DNA of 64,000 nt. Origin: Bacteroidales bacterium. GTDB taxonomy: Bacteria > Bacteroidota > Bacteroidia > Bacteroidales > UBA932. Positions within the stretch are counted from its first letter, which is position 1, and every line of letters starts with the position of its first letter. The notes under the pieces were generated by a model. It was not told where the DNA came from and made no database searches. It saw only the letters and a list, made by a program, of their open reading frames with translations. The stretch is from positions 23,798-87,797 of the forward strand of contig JAFUWZ010000051.1 of the NCBI GenBank assembly GCA_017471045.1, in the 5' to 3' direction. Positions 28,115 to 37,832 of this stretch are shown in pieces. A program made the translations under genes and the position numbers.

Positions 28115-29278
28115 ATGGATTCGGCCTTCACCTATGGAAGCTTTGTCACCGGGAAGTATTTTCTCGGCCGGAAAAAAGACGTCAACATCCTGTCGAACCT
28201 GATCGCCCAGCGGGAAAACATCGTGCTGCTCGGCGGGCCCAAGAGCGGCAAGACCTCGCTGATCCAGCAGGTCTTCCTGCAGATGCGCCTGGAGAAGAAG
28301 AGCTTCCTCACGGCGGAGATCAACCTGCGGGATGTGCGGGACACCGTCACCTTCCTGCGCCGCCTGGGCGACGCGGTGATCCGTGTCTTCGCCACGACGC
28401 CCGCCGAGTTCAGGGACCTGGTCGCCAGCCAGTTCTCCGGGACCCATTTCGTCTTCGACCCGCGCAGCTTCTCGGAGAGCGGCGGGATCCTCTCGCTCAA
28501 CTGGGATCCCGACGAGAAGGACATCCACGCCCTGCTTACCCTCCCCTGGTCCCTCGCCCGGATCCGGGAAGAGCGCCTCATCCTGGTCCTGCGCGAATTC
28601 CAGAACATCCGCTTCTTCGACGGCTGGGAGAAGATCCTCCGGGCCATGGAGGACGTCGTCAAGGAGCAGCGCTCCTTCCTCGAAAAGCCGGCCTGCTCCT
28701 TCATCCTGAGCGGATCGCAGCTCAACGCGATGAAAGACCTCTTCGTGCACTGGCGCTGGTTTTACCGCCTGGCCGAGGTCCACACGCCCAGCCCCATCGA
28801 CGAGAACGAAATCACCGAGCACGTCGTGCGGGGCTTCCTCGCCGGCGGCAAGGTCGTGGACCGCGAAATGCTGCGGGGCGCGATCTCCCTGCTGCAGGGG
28901 AACCTCCATTACATCAACCATTTCTTCGCGATCTGCGACCACCTCTCGAAGGGGTATATCATGGAGCCTATCCTCATCGAGGCGCTCGCCGACCTCGTCG
29001 CCATCCATGAGCCGCGCTTCAACGCGATGATGTACGACCTGACCAACTACCAGGTCAACCTGCTCCGCGCCCTCGCCGAGGGGCATACGCGGTTCAGCAG
29101 CGCCGAAGTCATCCGCCAGTACGGGCTCAACTCCTCCGCCAACGTCAAGCGGCTCAAGGACGCACTTGCCAAGAAGGAGATCATCACCTTCAGCGACGGA
29201 GAAGAGCCCGTCTTCATCGACCCCCTCTTCGAATATTGGGTGAAAAAATATTTTTTCGGGCAAAAACTTGATTTTTAG
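28115..29278 (+). CDS. AAA-type / archaeal-ATPase-like ATP-binding protein with C-terminal winged-helix region
   Basis: FLGRKKD, GGPKSGKTS Walker A, LVLREFQ Walker B position, GSQLNAM, FIDPLFEYW. Confidence 0.8.
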   Translation: MDSAFTYGSFVTGKYFLGRKKDVNILSNLIAQRENIVLLGGPKSGKTSLIQQVFLQMRLEKKSFLTAEINLRDVRDTVTFLRRLGDAVIRVFATTPAEFRDLVASQFSGTHFVFDPRSFSESGGILSLNWDPDEKDIHALLTLPWSLARIREERLILVLREFQNIRFFDGWEKILRAMEDVVKEQRSFLEKPACSFILSGSQLNAMKDLFVHWRWFYRLAEVHTPSPIDENEITEHVVRGFLAGGKVVDREMLRGAISLLQGNLHYINHFFAICDHLSKGYIMEPILIEALADLVAIHEPRFNAMMYDLTNYQVNLLRALAEGHTRFSSAEVIRQYGLNSSANVKRLKDALAKKEIITFSDGEEPVFIDPLFEYWVKKYFFGQKLDF

Positions 29279-29288
29279 AAAATATTGC

Positions 29289-29323
29289 TACCTTTGCAGC
29301 CGCTAAAAGAAAAAGGAGGTGAT
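29289..29323 (+). promoter_or_regulatory. rpsU promoter (TACCTTTG, 29289-29296) and strong Shine-Dalgarno (AAAGGAGGTGAT, 29312-29323)
   Basis: Read directly; SD ends 6 nt before ATG 29330. Confidence 0.85.
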
Positions 29324-29329
29324 AAAGAA

Positions 29330-29524
29330 ATGATTGTCGTACCGATTAAAGAAGGCGAAAACATCGAGCGCGCTCTGAAAAAGTTCAAGAGGAAGTTCGA
29401 AAAGACAGGTGCGATCCGCGAGCTCCGCTCCCGGAAGAACTTCGAGAAGCCGTCCGAGATCAAGCGGAAGGCGATGCAGAAAGCCATCTACGTGCAGCAC
29501 CTCCGTCTCCAGGACGAGCAGTAA
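29330..29524 (+). CDS. rpsU: 30S ribosomal protein S21 (bS21)
   Basis: MIVVPIKEGENIERALKKFKRKFEKTG...FEKPS. Confidence 0.98.
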   Translation: MIVVPIKEGENIERALKKFKRKFEKTGAIRELRSRKNFEKPSEIKRKAMQKAIYVQHLRLQDEQ

Positions 29525-29543
29525 TCCACGAGTCTGATACATC

Positions 29544-29578
29544 GGCCCGGCAGGAAGTTTTCCTGCCGGGCCTTTTTT
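29544..29578 (+). terminator. Strong intrinsic terminator after rpsU
   Basis: Perfect 13-bp stem GGCCCGGCAGGAA/TTCCTGCCGGGCC, 3-nt loop, then T6. Confidence 0.92.
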
Positions 29579-29623
29579 ATCCCTACACCGGCAAAAACTA
29601 TAGGTTATTCGATTTATTTTCCA

Positions 29624-29631
29624 TATTTTTG
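29624..29631 (+). promoter_or_regulatory. -7 element TATTTTTG for SusCD locus 1
   Basis: TAnnTTTG match 24 nt upstream of ATG 29656. Confidence 0.6.
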
Positions 29632-29655
29632 AAAGATCGAAATACGAACGACCAC

Positions 29656-31935
29656 ATGAAAAAGGGGCTTTTCGCAGCTTTTGCCGCCATCATCCTGCTC
29701 ACGGTTTCCTGCCAGCCTGCGGCGGAAGGGGAAGCCGGCATCCGCGCCCTGTCGGTGGACCCGGCCGAGCTGACCCTCGTCGAGGGGCAGATGGAATCAC
29801 TCTCGGTCGCCGTCGTCCCGGAAGCGGCGCACTACCTGTTCGCCACCTGGTCCTCTTCCGACGAGAGCATCGCCAAGATCAACAAAAAGGGAACGGTGAA
29901 AGCGCTCTCGGAAGGCAGCGTCACCATCACCGCCTCCATCGGAGAAGTCACCGGCACCTGCCGGCTCACCGTGACGCGCAACCTGACGCCGGTCTCCGGT
30001 GTCAGCCTCATCACCCGCGAGCTGACCCTCGGCCGGGGCAACTCCGAGCAGCTCACGGTACGCGTGGAGCCGGAGATGGCCGCCGACAAGCGGGTGACCT
30101 GGTCCTCCACGGATCCGTCCGTCGCGTCAGTGAGCGACGGCTGGGTGTCCGGTGTGGGAGCCGGGACCTGCGAGATCGTCGTCCGGACCGTGGACGGCGG
30201 CTTCGAGGACCGCTGCCGCGTCCTTGTCCAGGACATCGCCGTGGAGGAGATCGCCTTCTCCAACGGCAGCCCGAACGCCATCATCGCGGAAGCGGGCGGC
30301 AGTTTCACCCTTTCCGTCTCCTACACGCCGGTCACCACTTCCGAGCGGGAGGTCAGCTGGCAGAGTTCCGACGAGGCCCTGGCCACCGTCACGCCCGCCG
30401 GGGACGGCCAGGGCGAAATCCGCTTCGCCGAGGGCCGGACCGGCCCCGTCACGATCCGCGCCACGGCGGGCCAGGCGCACGCCAGCGCTTCCCAGGCCTT
30501 CTTCATCAAGGGTCCCGCCGACCCGGTCCTCCTGCCGGAAGGCAGTGTCTATGCCGGCCGCAGGGCCACCTACCGTTTCAACACCGCCGCCTACCCTGAA
30601 GCCCGGGATCTGTCCTGGAGCGCGGACGGACGGACCCTGAGCGGCGAAGAAGTCACCTTTGCCTGGGACAAGGGCGGAGACAACGAATTGATCCTCAACG
30701 CCCTTTTCGGCCTCACGCCGATCCGGCTGGGCGTGCCCGTACCGACTGAGGAATGGCTGTGCGACATCCCCTTGGACGGCGCCAACCCCCGCAACACCTA
30801 TCCCGTTTTCAACCACGCCCAGACGCGGGCCTACTTCGTCACCCGCGGCGCGAGGCGCCTGTACGAGCTCAACCTTGAAACCGGCCGGCTGGGCTGGATG
30901 TTCGACATGAACCAGGGCAAAAACGACAACGGTGGCGACATCTGCGTCAACCCGCACAGCGGCGATATCTATTGTTCCAACCAGACCACGGTCTTCTGCC
31001 TCACCCCGGACGGGACGAAGCGATGGGAGCTTCCGGTCCCGACCGGCGGATCCGCTTCCGCACTCGCCGGCTGCGGACCGGGCCTGAGCAACGATTGCAG
31101 CGTCGTCTTCCTCCCCCTGACGGACAAGCGTTTTGTGGCGGTCGATGCCGCATCCGGAGCGATCCTGGACGGGTTCGATGTCGAAACCACCCACATCCAA
31201 TTCGCCGTTTACGGCGCGGACGACATCGTCCTCCTCAGCACGGTGACGGGCGGCAAGGGAGGTCTCAAGTTCGTCTCCTTCCGGGACGGAAAGTTCGGCC
31301 CCGTCACGGCCGAAGACTCCCCCTCCCCCGACCCGACCGACATCACCGCACCGGCCGTCAGCCGTGACCAGAGGACGGCCTGGTTCCCCTGCAACGACGG
31401 ACTGCTGGTCACCGTGGACCTTGCCGCGCGCAAGGTCACAGGCGCCACCCAGCTCGCAGACGGCTATCTCCAGGGCCTATGCCTTACGCCGGGTGACTGG
31501 ATGTTCTTCGCATCCCAGACCAAGGCGCCCGTCAACCGCATTTCCCTCTCCGGCCCCCTGCAGCCCTCCAGTGTCCTCACCCCCTACACCAACGGCAACT
31601 CCAACTACCTCAACTTTACGACCGTCGCCTGTGATACGGACGGCAACGTCTATTTCTTCATCAAGGAAGACGGCGCCGGCAACTCCGTTTTCTACCGGCT
31701 CGGGGCTGCGGACGGACGCTATCGTCCGGAAGAGATCGCTTCCACGCCGAAGCAGAACAACGACCCCCAGGGCTTCTTCAACTTCGGCGGCGGATGCCTG
31801 ATCGGCGGCGGAGGCACCAATGCCAAGAACCACGTTCTCGTGCGCTGCATCGATGCGGTCCGCGCCCCGCTCTGGTCCGGACCGGGCGGAGACGCCTGCG
31901 CCACCAAAAACGCCAACCTCGTTTACGCAGAATGA
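29656..31935 (+). CDS. Lipoprotein with Ig-like (Big_2) repeats and C-terminal PQQ-like beta-propeller
   Basis: Lipobox LLTVSC; repeats WSSSDESIA..G.V.A...G..TITA and WSSTDPSVASV..G.VSGVGAG; propeller-like GRLGWMFD, DGTKRWEL. Confidence 0.8.
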   Translation: MKKGLFAAFAAIILLTVSCQPAAEGEAGIRALSVDPAELTLVEGQMESLSVAVVPEAAHYLFATWSSSDESIAKINKKGTVKALSEGSVTITASIGEVTGTCRLTVTRNLTPVSGVSLITRELTLGRGNSEQLTVRVEPEMAADKRVTWSSTDPSVASVSDGWVSGVGAGTCEIVVRTVDGGFEDRCRVLVQDIAVEEIAFSNGSPNAIIAEAGGSFTLSVSYTPVTTSEREVSWQSSDEALATVTPAGDGQGEIRFAEGRTGPVTIRATAGQAHASASQAFFIKGPADPVLLPEGSVYAGRRATYRFNTAAYPEARDLSWSADGRTLSGEEVTFAWDKGGDNELILNALFGLTPIRLGVPVPTEEWLCDIPLDGANPRNTYPVFNHAQTRAYFVTRGARRLYELNLETGRLGWMFDMNQGKNDNGGDICVNPHSGDIYCSNQTTVFCLTPDGTKRWELPVPTGGSASALAGCGPGLSNDCSVVFLPLTDKRFVAVDAASGAILDGFDVETTHIQFAVYGADDIVLLSTVTGGKGGLKFVSFRDGKFGPVTAEDSPSPDPTDITAPAVSRDQRTAWFPCNDGLLVTVDLAARKVTGATQLADGYLQGLCLTPGDWMFFASQTKAPVNRISLSGPLQPSSVLTPYTNGNSNYLNFTTVACDTDGNVYFFIKEDGAGNSVFYRLGAADGRYRPEEIASTPKQNNDPQGFFNFGGGCLIGGGGTNAKNHVLVRCIDAVRAPLWSGPGGDACATKNANLVYAE

Positions 31936-33170
31936 ATACCATGAAACATACGCGACTGACCCTTTGCCTCTGCGCTTCCCTGTTGCTGGGGATGCCCGTC
32001 CGCGCCGCCAGTCCCTACGGCTGGGATGCGGCGACCAACAAGGCCCTCTACGAGACCCTCCAGACCTATCTGCGCGCCATGCAGACCGACCTGGTCGGCG
32101 AGCCAGCCTATTACATGACCCAGCAGCTGATGGTCGAACTCGAGACCACTTTCCAGAAAGACCCCTACGCCTGGATGAGCCAGGTCCACAACTTCTGCAA
32201 CACCCTGGAAGCCGTCTACCCGCCTTCGCTGAGCCATCCTTCCGTCATCCGCGGCGCAGAAGACCGCTACGACAAGATCCGGCGCAACCTCCTCCGGCTC
32301 CGGGACTATCCCATGCACCAGATTTCGCTGGACAACGAGCCGGATATCAAACCCACGACCGACCAGAAAGAAGCCTTCACCCGGGCCAACCGGCAGTGGC
32401 TCCAGCACAAACGGGCCGAGTTCTTCGACTTCCTGCGCTCGCCCCGGCCCTCCGGAGACGAACTCCAGGCCGTCAAACTCTACAGCTCCGGCTACGTTTT
32501 CCGGACCCGGGAAGCCTGCATCGGCATCGACATCTGCTACGCGGAAGGGCTGTATGACGGCGAGGGGCGCGAAGAACTCGCCGACCTGCTGGACGCCGTC
32601 TACGTCACGCACGCCCACGGAGACCACTATGACATCCCGCTGCTCAAACTGATGCTGCAGAAAGGGAAAGCCGTCGTCGCCCCCTCCACGATGGCCCGGC
32701 ACCTCACCGCCGAGTCGGGCGAAAAATACCTTTGGGAAGACAGCCATCTGGACCCGGTCCCGGTCCATGGCGTCGCACTCACCCAGGCCTACATGTCCGC
32801 CCAAGGTGACGAGCCCTGCCTGCTGTACCTGATCCAGATCGGGGACTGGCGGCTTGCCCACGTCGGAGACAATTCCAGCCACGCCAACGAGACCCTGATC
32901 TACCCCCTGTACCCGATCGCCGACGTGGTGATGGGTCCTGTCTTCCAAGGCGTCGTCAACCTGCTCAACAATACCAAGCAGGCCCCCAATCCCGGCAACG
33001 TGGAGCAGATCTACTTCAACATTCACGAGAACGAGTGGCACCACACGATCGACGGTCGCGTCTCTTTCCAGTTCCTGTACACCTCCACCGGCGCCCTCAA
33101 CAGTTCCTCCTTCGCCTACCCGAGCTGCGCCATCTTCGACTGCGGCGAGCATCTTACCCTGTACAAATAA
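31932..33170 (+). CDS. Exported MBL-fold metallo-hydrolase
   Basis: Signal peptide; THAHGDHYD (HxHxDH), AHVGDN, IHENEWHH. Confidence 0.85.
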   Translation: MNTMKHTRLTLCLCASLLLGMPVRAASPYGWDAATNKALYETLQTYLRAMQTDLVGEPAYYMTQQLMVELETTFQKDPYAWMSQVHNFCNTLEAVYPPSLSHPSVIRGAEDRYDKIRRNLLRLRDYPMHQISLDNEPDIKPTTDQKEAFTRANRQWLQHKRAEFFDFLRSPRPSGDELQAVKLYSSGYVFRTREACIGIDICYAEGLYDGEGREELADLLDAVYVTHAHGDHYDIPLLKLMLQKGKAVVAPSTMARHLTAESGEKYLWEDSHLDPVPVHGVALTQAYMSAQGDEPCLLYLIQIGDWRLAHVGDNSSHANETLIYPLYPIADVVMGPVFQGVVNLLNNTKQAPNPGNVEQIYFNIHENEWHHTIDGRVSFQFLYTSTGALNSSSFAYPSCAIFDCGEHLTLYK

Positions 33171-33179
33171 GCCCGTGCC

Positions 33180-34067
33180 ATGAAACGTTTCCCCTATATT
33201 CTCCTGCTCCTGTGTTCCCTCCTTGCGGCCGCCTGCGGCGAAAATCCGAGCAAAGGCGGAAAGGACAAACCCGACAACACCTCCCCGGCCGCCTGGAGCC
33301 TGGGCAAGCCCCTTGTCCAGAAGGTCGAAGTCCGCTCGGACGACCGGCTCATCGAGACCTATGAGTACACCTATGACAGTCAGGGCCGGCTGCTGACCTT
33401 GCTCAAGACCGATGCGATCCAGGGTGAGAAGCTCCTGGACCTGCAATACAGCTACCCGGACGACACCGGGATGAAGGCCAGCGGCAAGTTCTTCCCGATC
33501 TCGACCAACCGTTTCGTCTCGGCCGTCAAGGATCCGTCGGAGAAGACCGTCCGATACGACGGCAGTTGGAGCGGTGCGTGGACCTACGTCACGGCCTATG
33601 ACGCCGGTGGCACGGCGACCGCCACGGTCTCGGACATTGATTTCGCCGCCCGGGAGGGCCAGTACTCCGCGCAGACCCGCTACCAGGAGAGCTATACGGT
33701 TTCCGGCGGCTGCATCACCCGTTCGGTCCTCGGGACCGAGACGCAGGCCCGGTCCCAGCGCAAAACCCGCACCGGCTCTTCCTCCGAACTGACGGTCCAG
33801 TACAGTTATTCCGACCAGGAAGACCGGCAGAACTTCGCCGTCTATCTCTTCCCCTGCAACTTTCCCGTCTGGGTGGCGGCAGGACTGCCGGGCTGCCGCA
33901 AACTAATCACGGGCATCTCCTCCGCCCGCGGCAGCGTGGCCTCCCCCGCTACGACCAAGCTCTCCTATTCCCTGACCGCGGAGGGCCTGATCGATACGGC
34001 CACCCGCACCGACTTCAACGACGGACAGGCCGTCCTCGTCCGCACCTACAAATTCTATTACCTATAA
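33180..34067 (+). CDS. Hypothetical beta-rich lipoprotein (DUF4595/YD-like)
   Basis: Lipobox LLAAAC; YEYTYDSQGRLL and YSLTAEGLI strands. Confidence 0.6.
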   Translation: MKRFPYILLLLCSLLAAACGENPSKGGKDKPDNTSPAAWSLGKPLVQKVEVRSDDRLIETYEYTYDSQGRLLTLLKTDAIQGEKLLDLQYSYPDDTGMKASGKFFPISTNRFVSAVKDPSEKTVRYDGSWSGAWTYVTAYDAGGTATATVSDIDFAAREGQYSAQTRYQESYTVSGGCITRSVLGTETQARSQRKTRTGSSSELTVQYSYSDQEDRQNFAVYLFPCNFPVWVAAGLPGCRKLITGISSARGSVASPATTKLSYSLTAEGLIDTATRTDFNDGQAVLVRTYKFYYL

Positions 34068-34078
34068 GCGCCGAAGCG

Positions 34079-35968
34079 ATGAAAACCTGGAAAATGATGC
34101 TCACGGGACTGGCCCTGTTCGCGGCTTTGACTTCCTGCGGACGGGAGTTGCCGGTCACGGTTTTCTGGGGCGGCGTGGACCCGATGGATCTTCCCGATCC
34201 GGACCAGCCCTCCGCCCCGGCCGTCCCTCCTTCCAATGAGGACGCCGTAGCTTATACGGACCTGCACGACCCGGTCCGGGATGCCGGTCAGTTTTTCCTG
34301 CCGGACGATCCGGTCCGGCCCGAAGTCTACTGGTACCTGAAATTCTCCGACTATGCCAACAAAGAGATCCCCAACTCCGACGGCGATGAGAACACGGGAC
34401 TGCAGAATTTCCTGCTGATGCAGTCCGTCGCAGGCCTGGTCAACCGCGCCTGCGCCCAGGGCAAGACCAAGGTAGGCGTCTGGATCGAAGCCGGAGGCAC
34501 GGGCTACGACATGGAGCGCTCGGAGCTCGGGCGGCAGATCACCGGTTCGCAGACTGCCATCGACCTGGTCACCAAGACCTTCGGCCAATGGGAGGGATAC
34601 GACGTCACGGTCCGCGACCTCTTCGACGGCTACGTCCTGACCGACCTGATGCACAACCCCGAGAGCGCCAATGTCGCCGCCGTCGCTTCCCATGTCTATA
34701 ACGCCCTGATCGTGGATGTGCGGGACGAGGACTTCTTCCGGCGCAACGGCTATGAAAAGAAATTCGACTGCACCGCCACCACGCTCTCCCAGGCCTTCGA
34801 CCTCTTCAAGGACCGCTGCCGCAACGACGCCCTCGTCATGATGCCGGTCCAGACCGGCGAACTGCGGGATTATGCGATCCAGCATGAGCTCTTCGTCTTC
34901 AATTACAACAAGCGCTACAACACTACCGGCGGCGGCCGGAACAGCGCGCTGCTGGAGGAAATCCTCGAGTGGCTCCAGCCCTGCTCGCAGGTCATCGGCT
35001 GGGAACAGGGCGTCGGAGAGCACGAATTCGTCGATCCCGTCTCGCGGCACGGCCACTTCATGCTGGCCGCAGATTGGAGCTACAACCTGGGACTGACCTC
35101 CCGCCAGTACAAGAAACGCCAGTCTTCGGCCATAGCCAAAAGCATCAACCCCCGCTCCATCGACTACGACAAACGGGCCAACTACCTGTCTTTCTTCCTC
35201 ACCGACGGCGACAACTATCAGTGGCTGATCACCGACAGTTTCGTCAGCGACTACTATTCCCTCTACTCCGCGCCCGAAGTCAAGATGGCCTTCGAATTGG
35301 GAAGCCAGTCCCTGACCCAGCTCGCTCCCACCCGTTTCCACTATCTGCTCGGGCGCCAGCCGTCGGCCGAGTGTACGCTGATGGAAACCTTCGGCGGAGG
35401 CTACTACTACATCGACGACTGGTGTACCACCGGCAAGAACGCGGCCCGACGCGCCGAACTGCTCAAGACGGTCGCTCAGCGGACGGCCGCCCACATGCGC
35501 CAGCACGGCATCAAGATCCTCCACGTGATGGCCCGCGACTTCGATTCACCCCAGGCGCTGGAGATGCTGCAGGCCTTCGTGGACGCCAACGACCAGCTGG
35601 AAGGCATCACTGCGGTCCAATATGACCCCTACACCGGCGGCCAGGGACGCATCCTGTGGCTGACCAACCGCCAGGGCTACGACATCCCCTGCCTGACGGC
35701 CCGGTACATGCTCTGGTCCGGCCTGTCCGAGCCCGACAACCTGGCTCGGACCCTGCAGAAGGATGAGCAGACCAGTATTTCCTACAACGCCGTCGCCGTC
35801 CATGCCTGGAGCAGTTTCAACGGCCGGCGCAGCTCAGACGCCGCCCAGCACTGCGCCGCGACGCTGCCCGAGGTCTTCCTGTGCGTATCCATGCAGGAAC
35901 TGATCTGGCGCATCCGGATGGCCGAGCGGAAAGAGCAGACCCTGAAGTACCTCGCCACCCTCAAATAG
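34079..35968 (+). CDS. GxGYxYP-family putative glycoside hydrolase lipoprotein
   Basis: Lipobox ALTSC; GWEQGVGEH, AADWSYN, FFLTDGDN, FGGGYYYI, VHAWS. Confidence 0.75.
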   Translation: MKTWKMMLTGLALFAALTSCGRELPVTVFWGGVDPMDLPDPDQPSAPAVPPSNEDAVAYTDLHDPVRDAGQFFLPDDPVRPEVYWYLKFSDYANKEIPNSDGDENTGLQNFLLMQSVAGLVNRACAQGKTKVGVWIEAGGTGYDMERSELGRQITGSQTAIDLVTKTFGQWEGYDVTVRDLFDGYVLTDLMHNPESANVAAVASHVYNALIVDVRDEDFFRRNGYEKKFDCTATTLSQAFDLFKDRCRNDALVMMPVQTGELRDYAIQHELFVFNYNKRYNTTGGGRNSALLEEILEWLQPCSQVIGWEQGVGEHEFVDPVSRHGHFMLAADWSYNLGLTSRQYKKRQSSAIAKSINPRSIDYDKRANYLSFFLTDGDNYQWLITDSFVSDYYSLYSAPEVKMAFELGSQSLTQLAPTRFHYLLGRQPSAECTLMETFGGGYYYIDDWCTTGKNAARRAELLKTVAQRTAAHMRQHGIKILHVMARDFDSPQALEMLQAFVDANDQLEGITAVQYDPYTGGQGRILWLTNRQGYDIPCLTARYMLWSGLSEPDNLARTLQKDEQTSISYNAVAVHAWSSFNGRRSSDAAQHCAATLPEVFLCVSMQELIWRIRMAERKEQTLKYLATLK

Positions 35969-35977
35969 CCCGGAACC

Positions 35978-37828
35978 ATGAGAAACGCTATCTTACGGCA
36001 CAGTGCTTTCATGTCCGTCTTCCTGGGGCTGCTGCTGAGTCTGCCGGCCTGCCGGCAGGAAGTGCAGCCGGGCCGGTGGGACGACGGCAGCGTGGGGACG
36101 GCCACTTTCAGCGGCGTCGTCAAGGACACCTTCGGCGCCCTGCTTGAGGACGTGGACATCTGCTTCCACGGGACCAACCTCCAGCGGGAACTGCGTTACG
36201 TCACCTTTTCCGACTGGGATGGAACTTATCGGATCGAGGGCGTACCCTCCAACGCCCGCTTCGTCACCTTCTCCCTGGAAGGCTATGCCACCATCGCCTA
36301 CACCATCGATCCCCGCCGCTTCACCGAAGGCGCCGAGATCGTCCTCAACCCGGTCATGGAGTTCTCCCGGGCCGCGATCTGCGGCCGGGTCCTGAACGCC
36401 GTGGACGGGCAGCCGCTGCCCGGCGTGCGGGTGGACTGCGGCGCTGCGGCCGTCTCGACCGATGCCGAGGGCCGCTTCACGATCGAAGGCCTGACCCTCA
36501 AGGACTACACCCTCACCTATACCATCGCGGACGGCTCCACCTACGTGCGGGAAGTCACCCTCGACGACTTCCAGGAGGGCACCGCGACCCTGCCCGACGT
36601 GCGCCTGGGCGGCAGTGAGCTCCTCCCCGGCATGAAATGGCAGGACCTTGCCGACGCCCCCGTCTGGTACACCAACGACTACCACGGATCCACCGGATTC
36701 GGCGGCGTCAACCACTGGTCGGCCGGCTACCTGTCCGCCTTCCCCTGGTACGGGGACTACCGCTACGAAGCGGAAGGCTGTGCGCTGGTCAACGTACACG
36801 AAGGCTATGATTCTCCCGACCCGGAGCAGTTCATCGCCTACACCTACGGCCGCAAGCACATCGAAAACGGCAACCGGATCTTCAACGTCCACCTGCGCAC
36901 CCATTATGCGACACCCGCCGATCCGGCCGTCTTCGGGCTCAAGGTGCTCAATCTCAGCGACGGCGCTACCCAGTGTGATGACCTCGGCCGTTTCACCCAC
37001 GGGTCCTCCGAATATGCAACCTTCTCCTTCGACCTGAGCCGCTATGCGGGCAAGGACGTGGTCCTCGCCCTGGGCATCTACTGGACCCCCTATGACTTCC
37101 ACGCCGTCTCCCGCCGCTTCAGCTTCGCACCCGCCGTCGTCCGGGGAGACGATCCACTGTCGGGCACGCCCGTTACCGGCGCTCCCTGGCCGGGTTTCAC
37201 CCGGGAAAACCTTGCCTCACTGGGCGTCAATCCCGGTACCGTATTCTCCGGGTCCAACTTCGGCCTCAACGCCTCGGACGGCGACCGCGGCGCCCGGCGG
37301 GTCCACAATCCCGGCGGGCAGCAGGGATTCAGCCTCTGGGCCGGGACGAATCACCTGGCGATGAGCTGGGCGTTCCAGTATGTCAACAAGGAAGTCGAGC
37401 CGGTCAACGACGAGGGTTTCACCCTCAAGACCCGCTCCGACGCCAATGCCGACTATCAGGAGCCCGAGTCCTACCTCTACAGCCGTTTCCGCATCTCGGA
37501 CGCCAACGACCGCCTGCACCTGTACCTGCGGACCTTCTCCAGCGCCAGCCCCACGGTCTTCCGCGTGACGGTGGTCCCGCTGGAGAGCGGCATCGCGCTC
37601 CCGATCACCCCTGTCTCCAACTCCGCCCGGGCGGCCAGTCCCGTCACCAACGGATGCTGGAGCTTCCTCCACGAGTGGGGCAACGGCAATCCGGACGACT
37701 ATGCCGAGTTCGTCTATGACCTCTCCGACTACCGGGGCAAGGACATCGTCCTCGCCCTCGGCATCCACAAGGGACCCACCCGGGCCGGGGAGCAGAAACT
37801 CTGCATCTGTAAAATCGTAATGGACTAG
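35978..37828 (+). CDS. Lipoprotein: two carboxypeptidase-regulatory-like domains plus two tandem adhesin-like (choice-of-anchor J / cleaved-adhesin-like) domains
   Basis: Lipobox SLPAC; G.V.D..G..L.GV.V repeats; duplicated FDLSRYAGKDVVLALGI / YDLSDYRGKDIVLALGI. Confidence 0.65.
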   Translation: MRNAILRHSAFMSVFLGLLLSLPACRQEVQPGRWDDGSVGTATFSGVVKDTFGALLEDVDICFHGTNLQRELRYVTFSDWDGTYRIEGVPSNARFVTFSLEGYATIAYTIDPRRFTEGAEIVLNPVMEFSRAAICGRVLNAVDGQPLPGVRVDCGAAAVSTDAEGRFTIEGLTLKDYTLTYTIADGSTYVREVTLDDFQEGTATLPDVRLGGSELLPGMKWQDLADAPVWYTNDYHGSTGFGGVNHWSAGYLSAFPWYGDYRYEAEGCALVNVHEGYDSPDPEQFIAYTYGRKHIENGNRIFNVHLRTHYATPADPAVFGLKVLNLSDGATQCDDLGRFTHGSSEYATFSFDLSRYAGKDVVLALGIYWTPYDFHAVSRRFSFAPAVVRGDDPLSGTPVTGAPWPGFTRENLASLGVNPGTVFSGSNFGLNASDGDRGARRVHNPGGQQGFSLWAGTNHLAMSWAFQYVNKEVEPVNDEGFTLKTRSDANADYQEPESYLYSRFRISDANDRLHLYLRTFSSASPTVFRVTVVPLESGIALPITPVSNSARAASPVTNGCWSFLHEWGNGNPDDYAEFVYDLSDYRGKDIVLALGIHKGPTRAGEQKLCICKIVMD

Positions 37829-37832
37829 GCCT

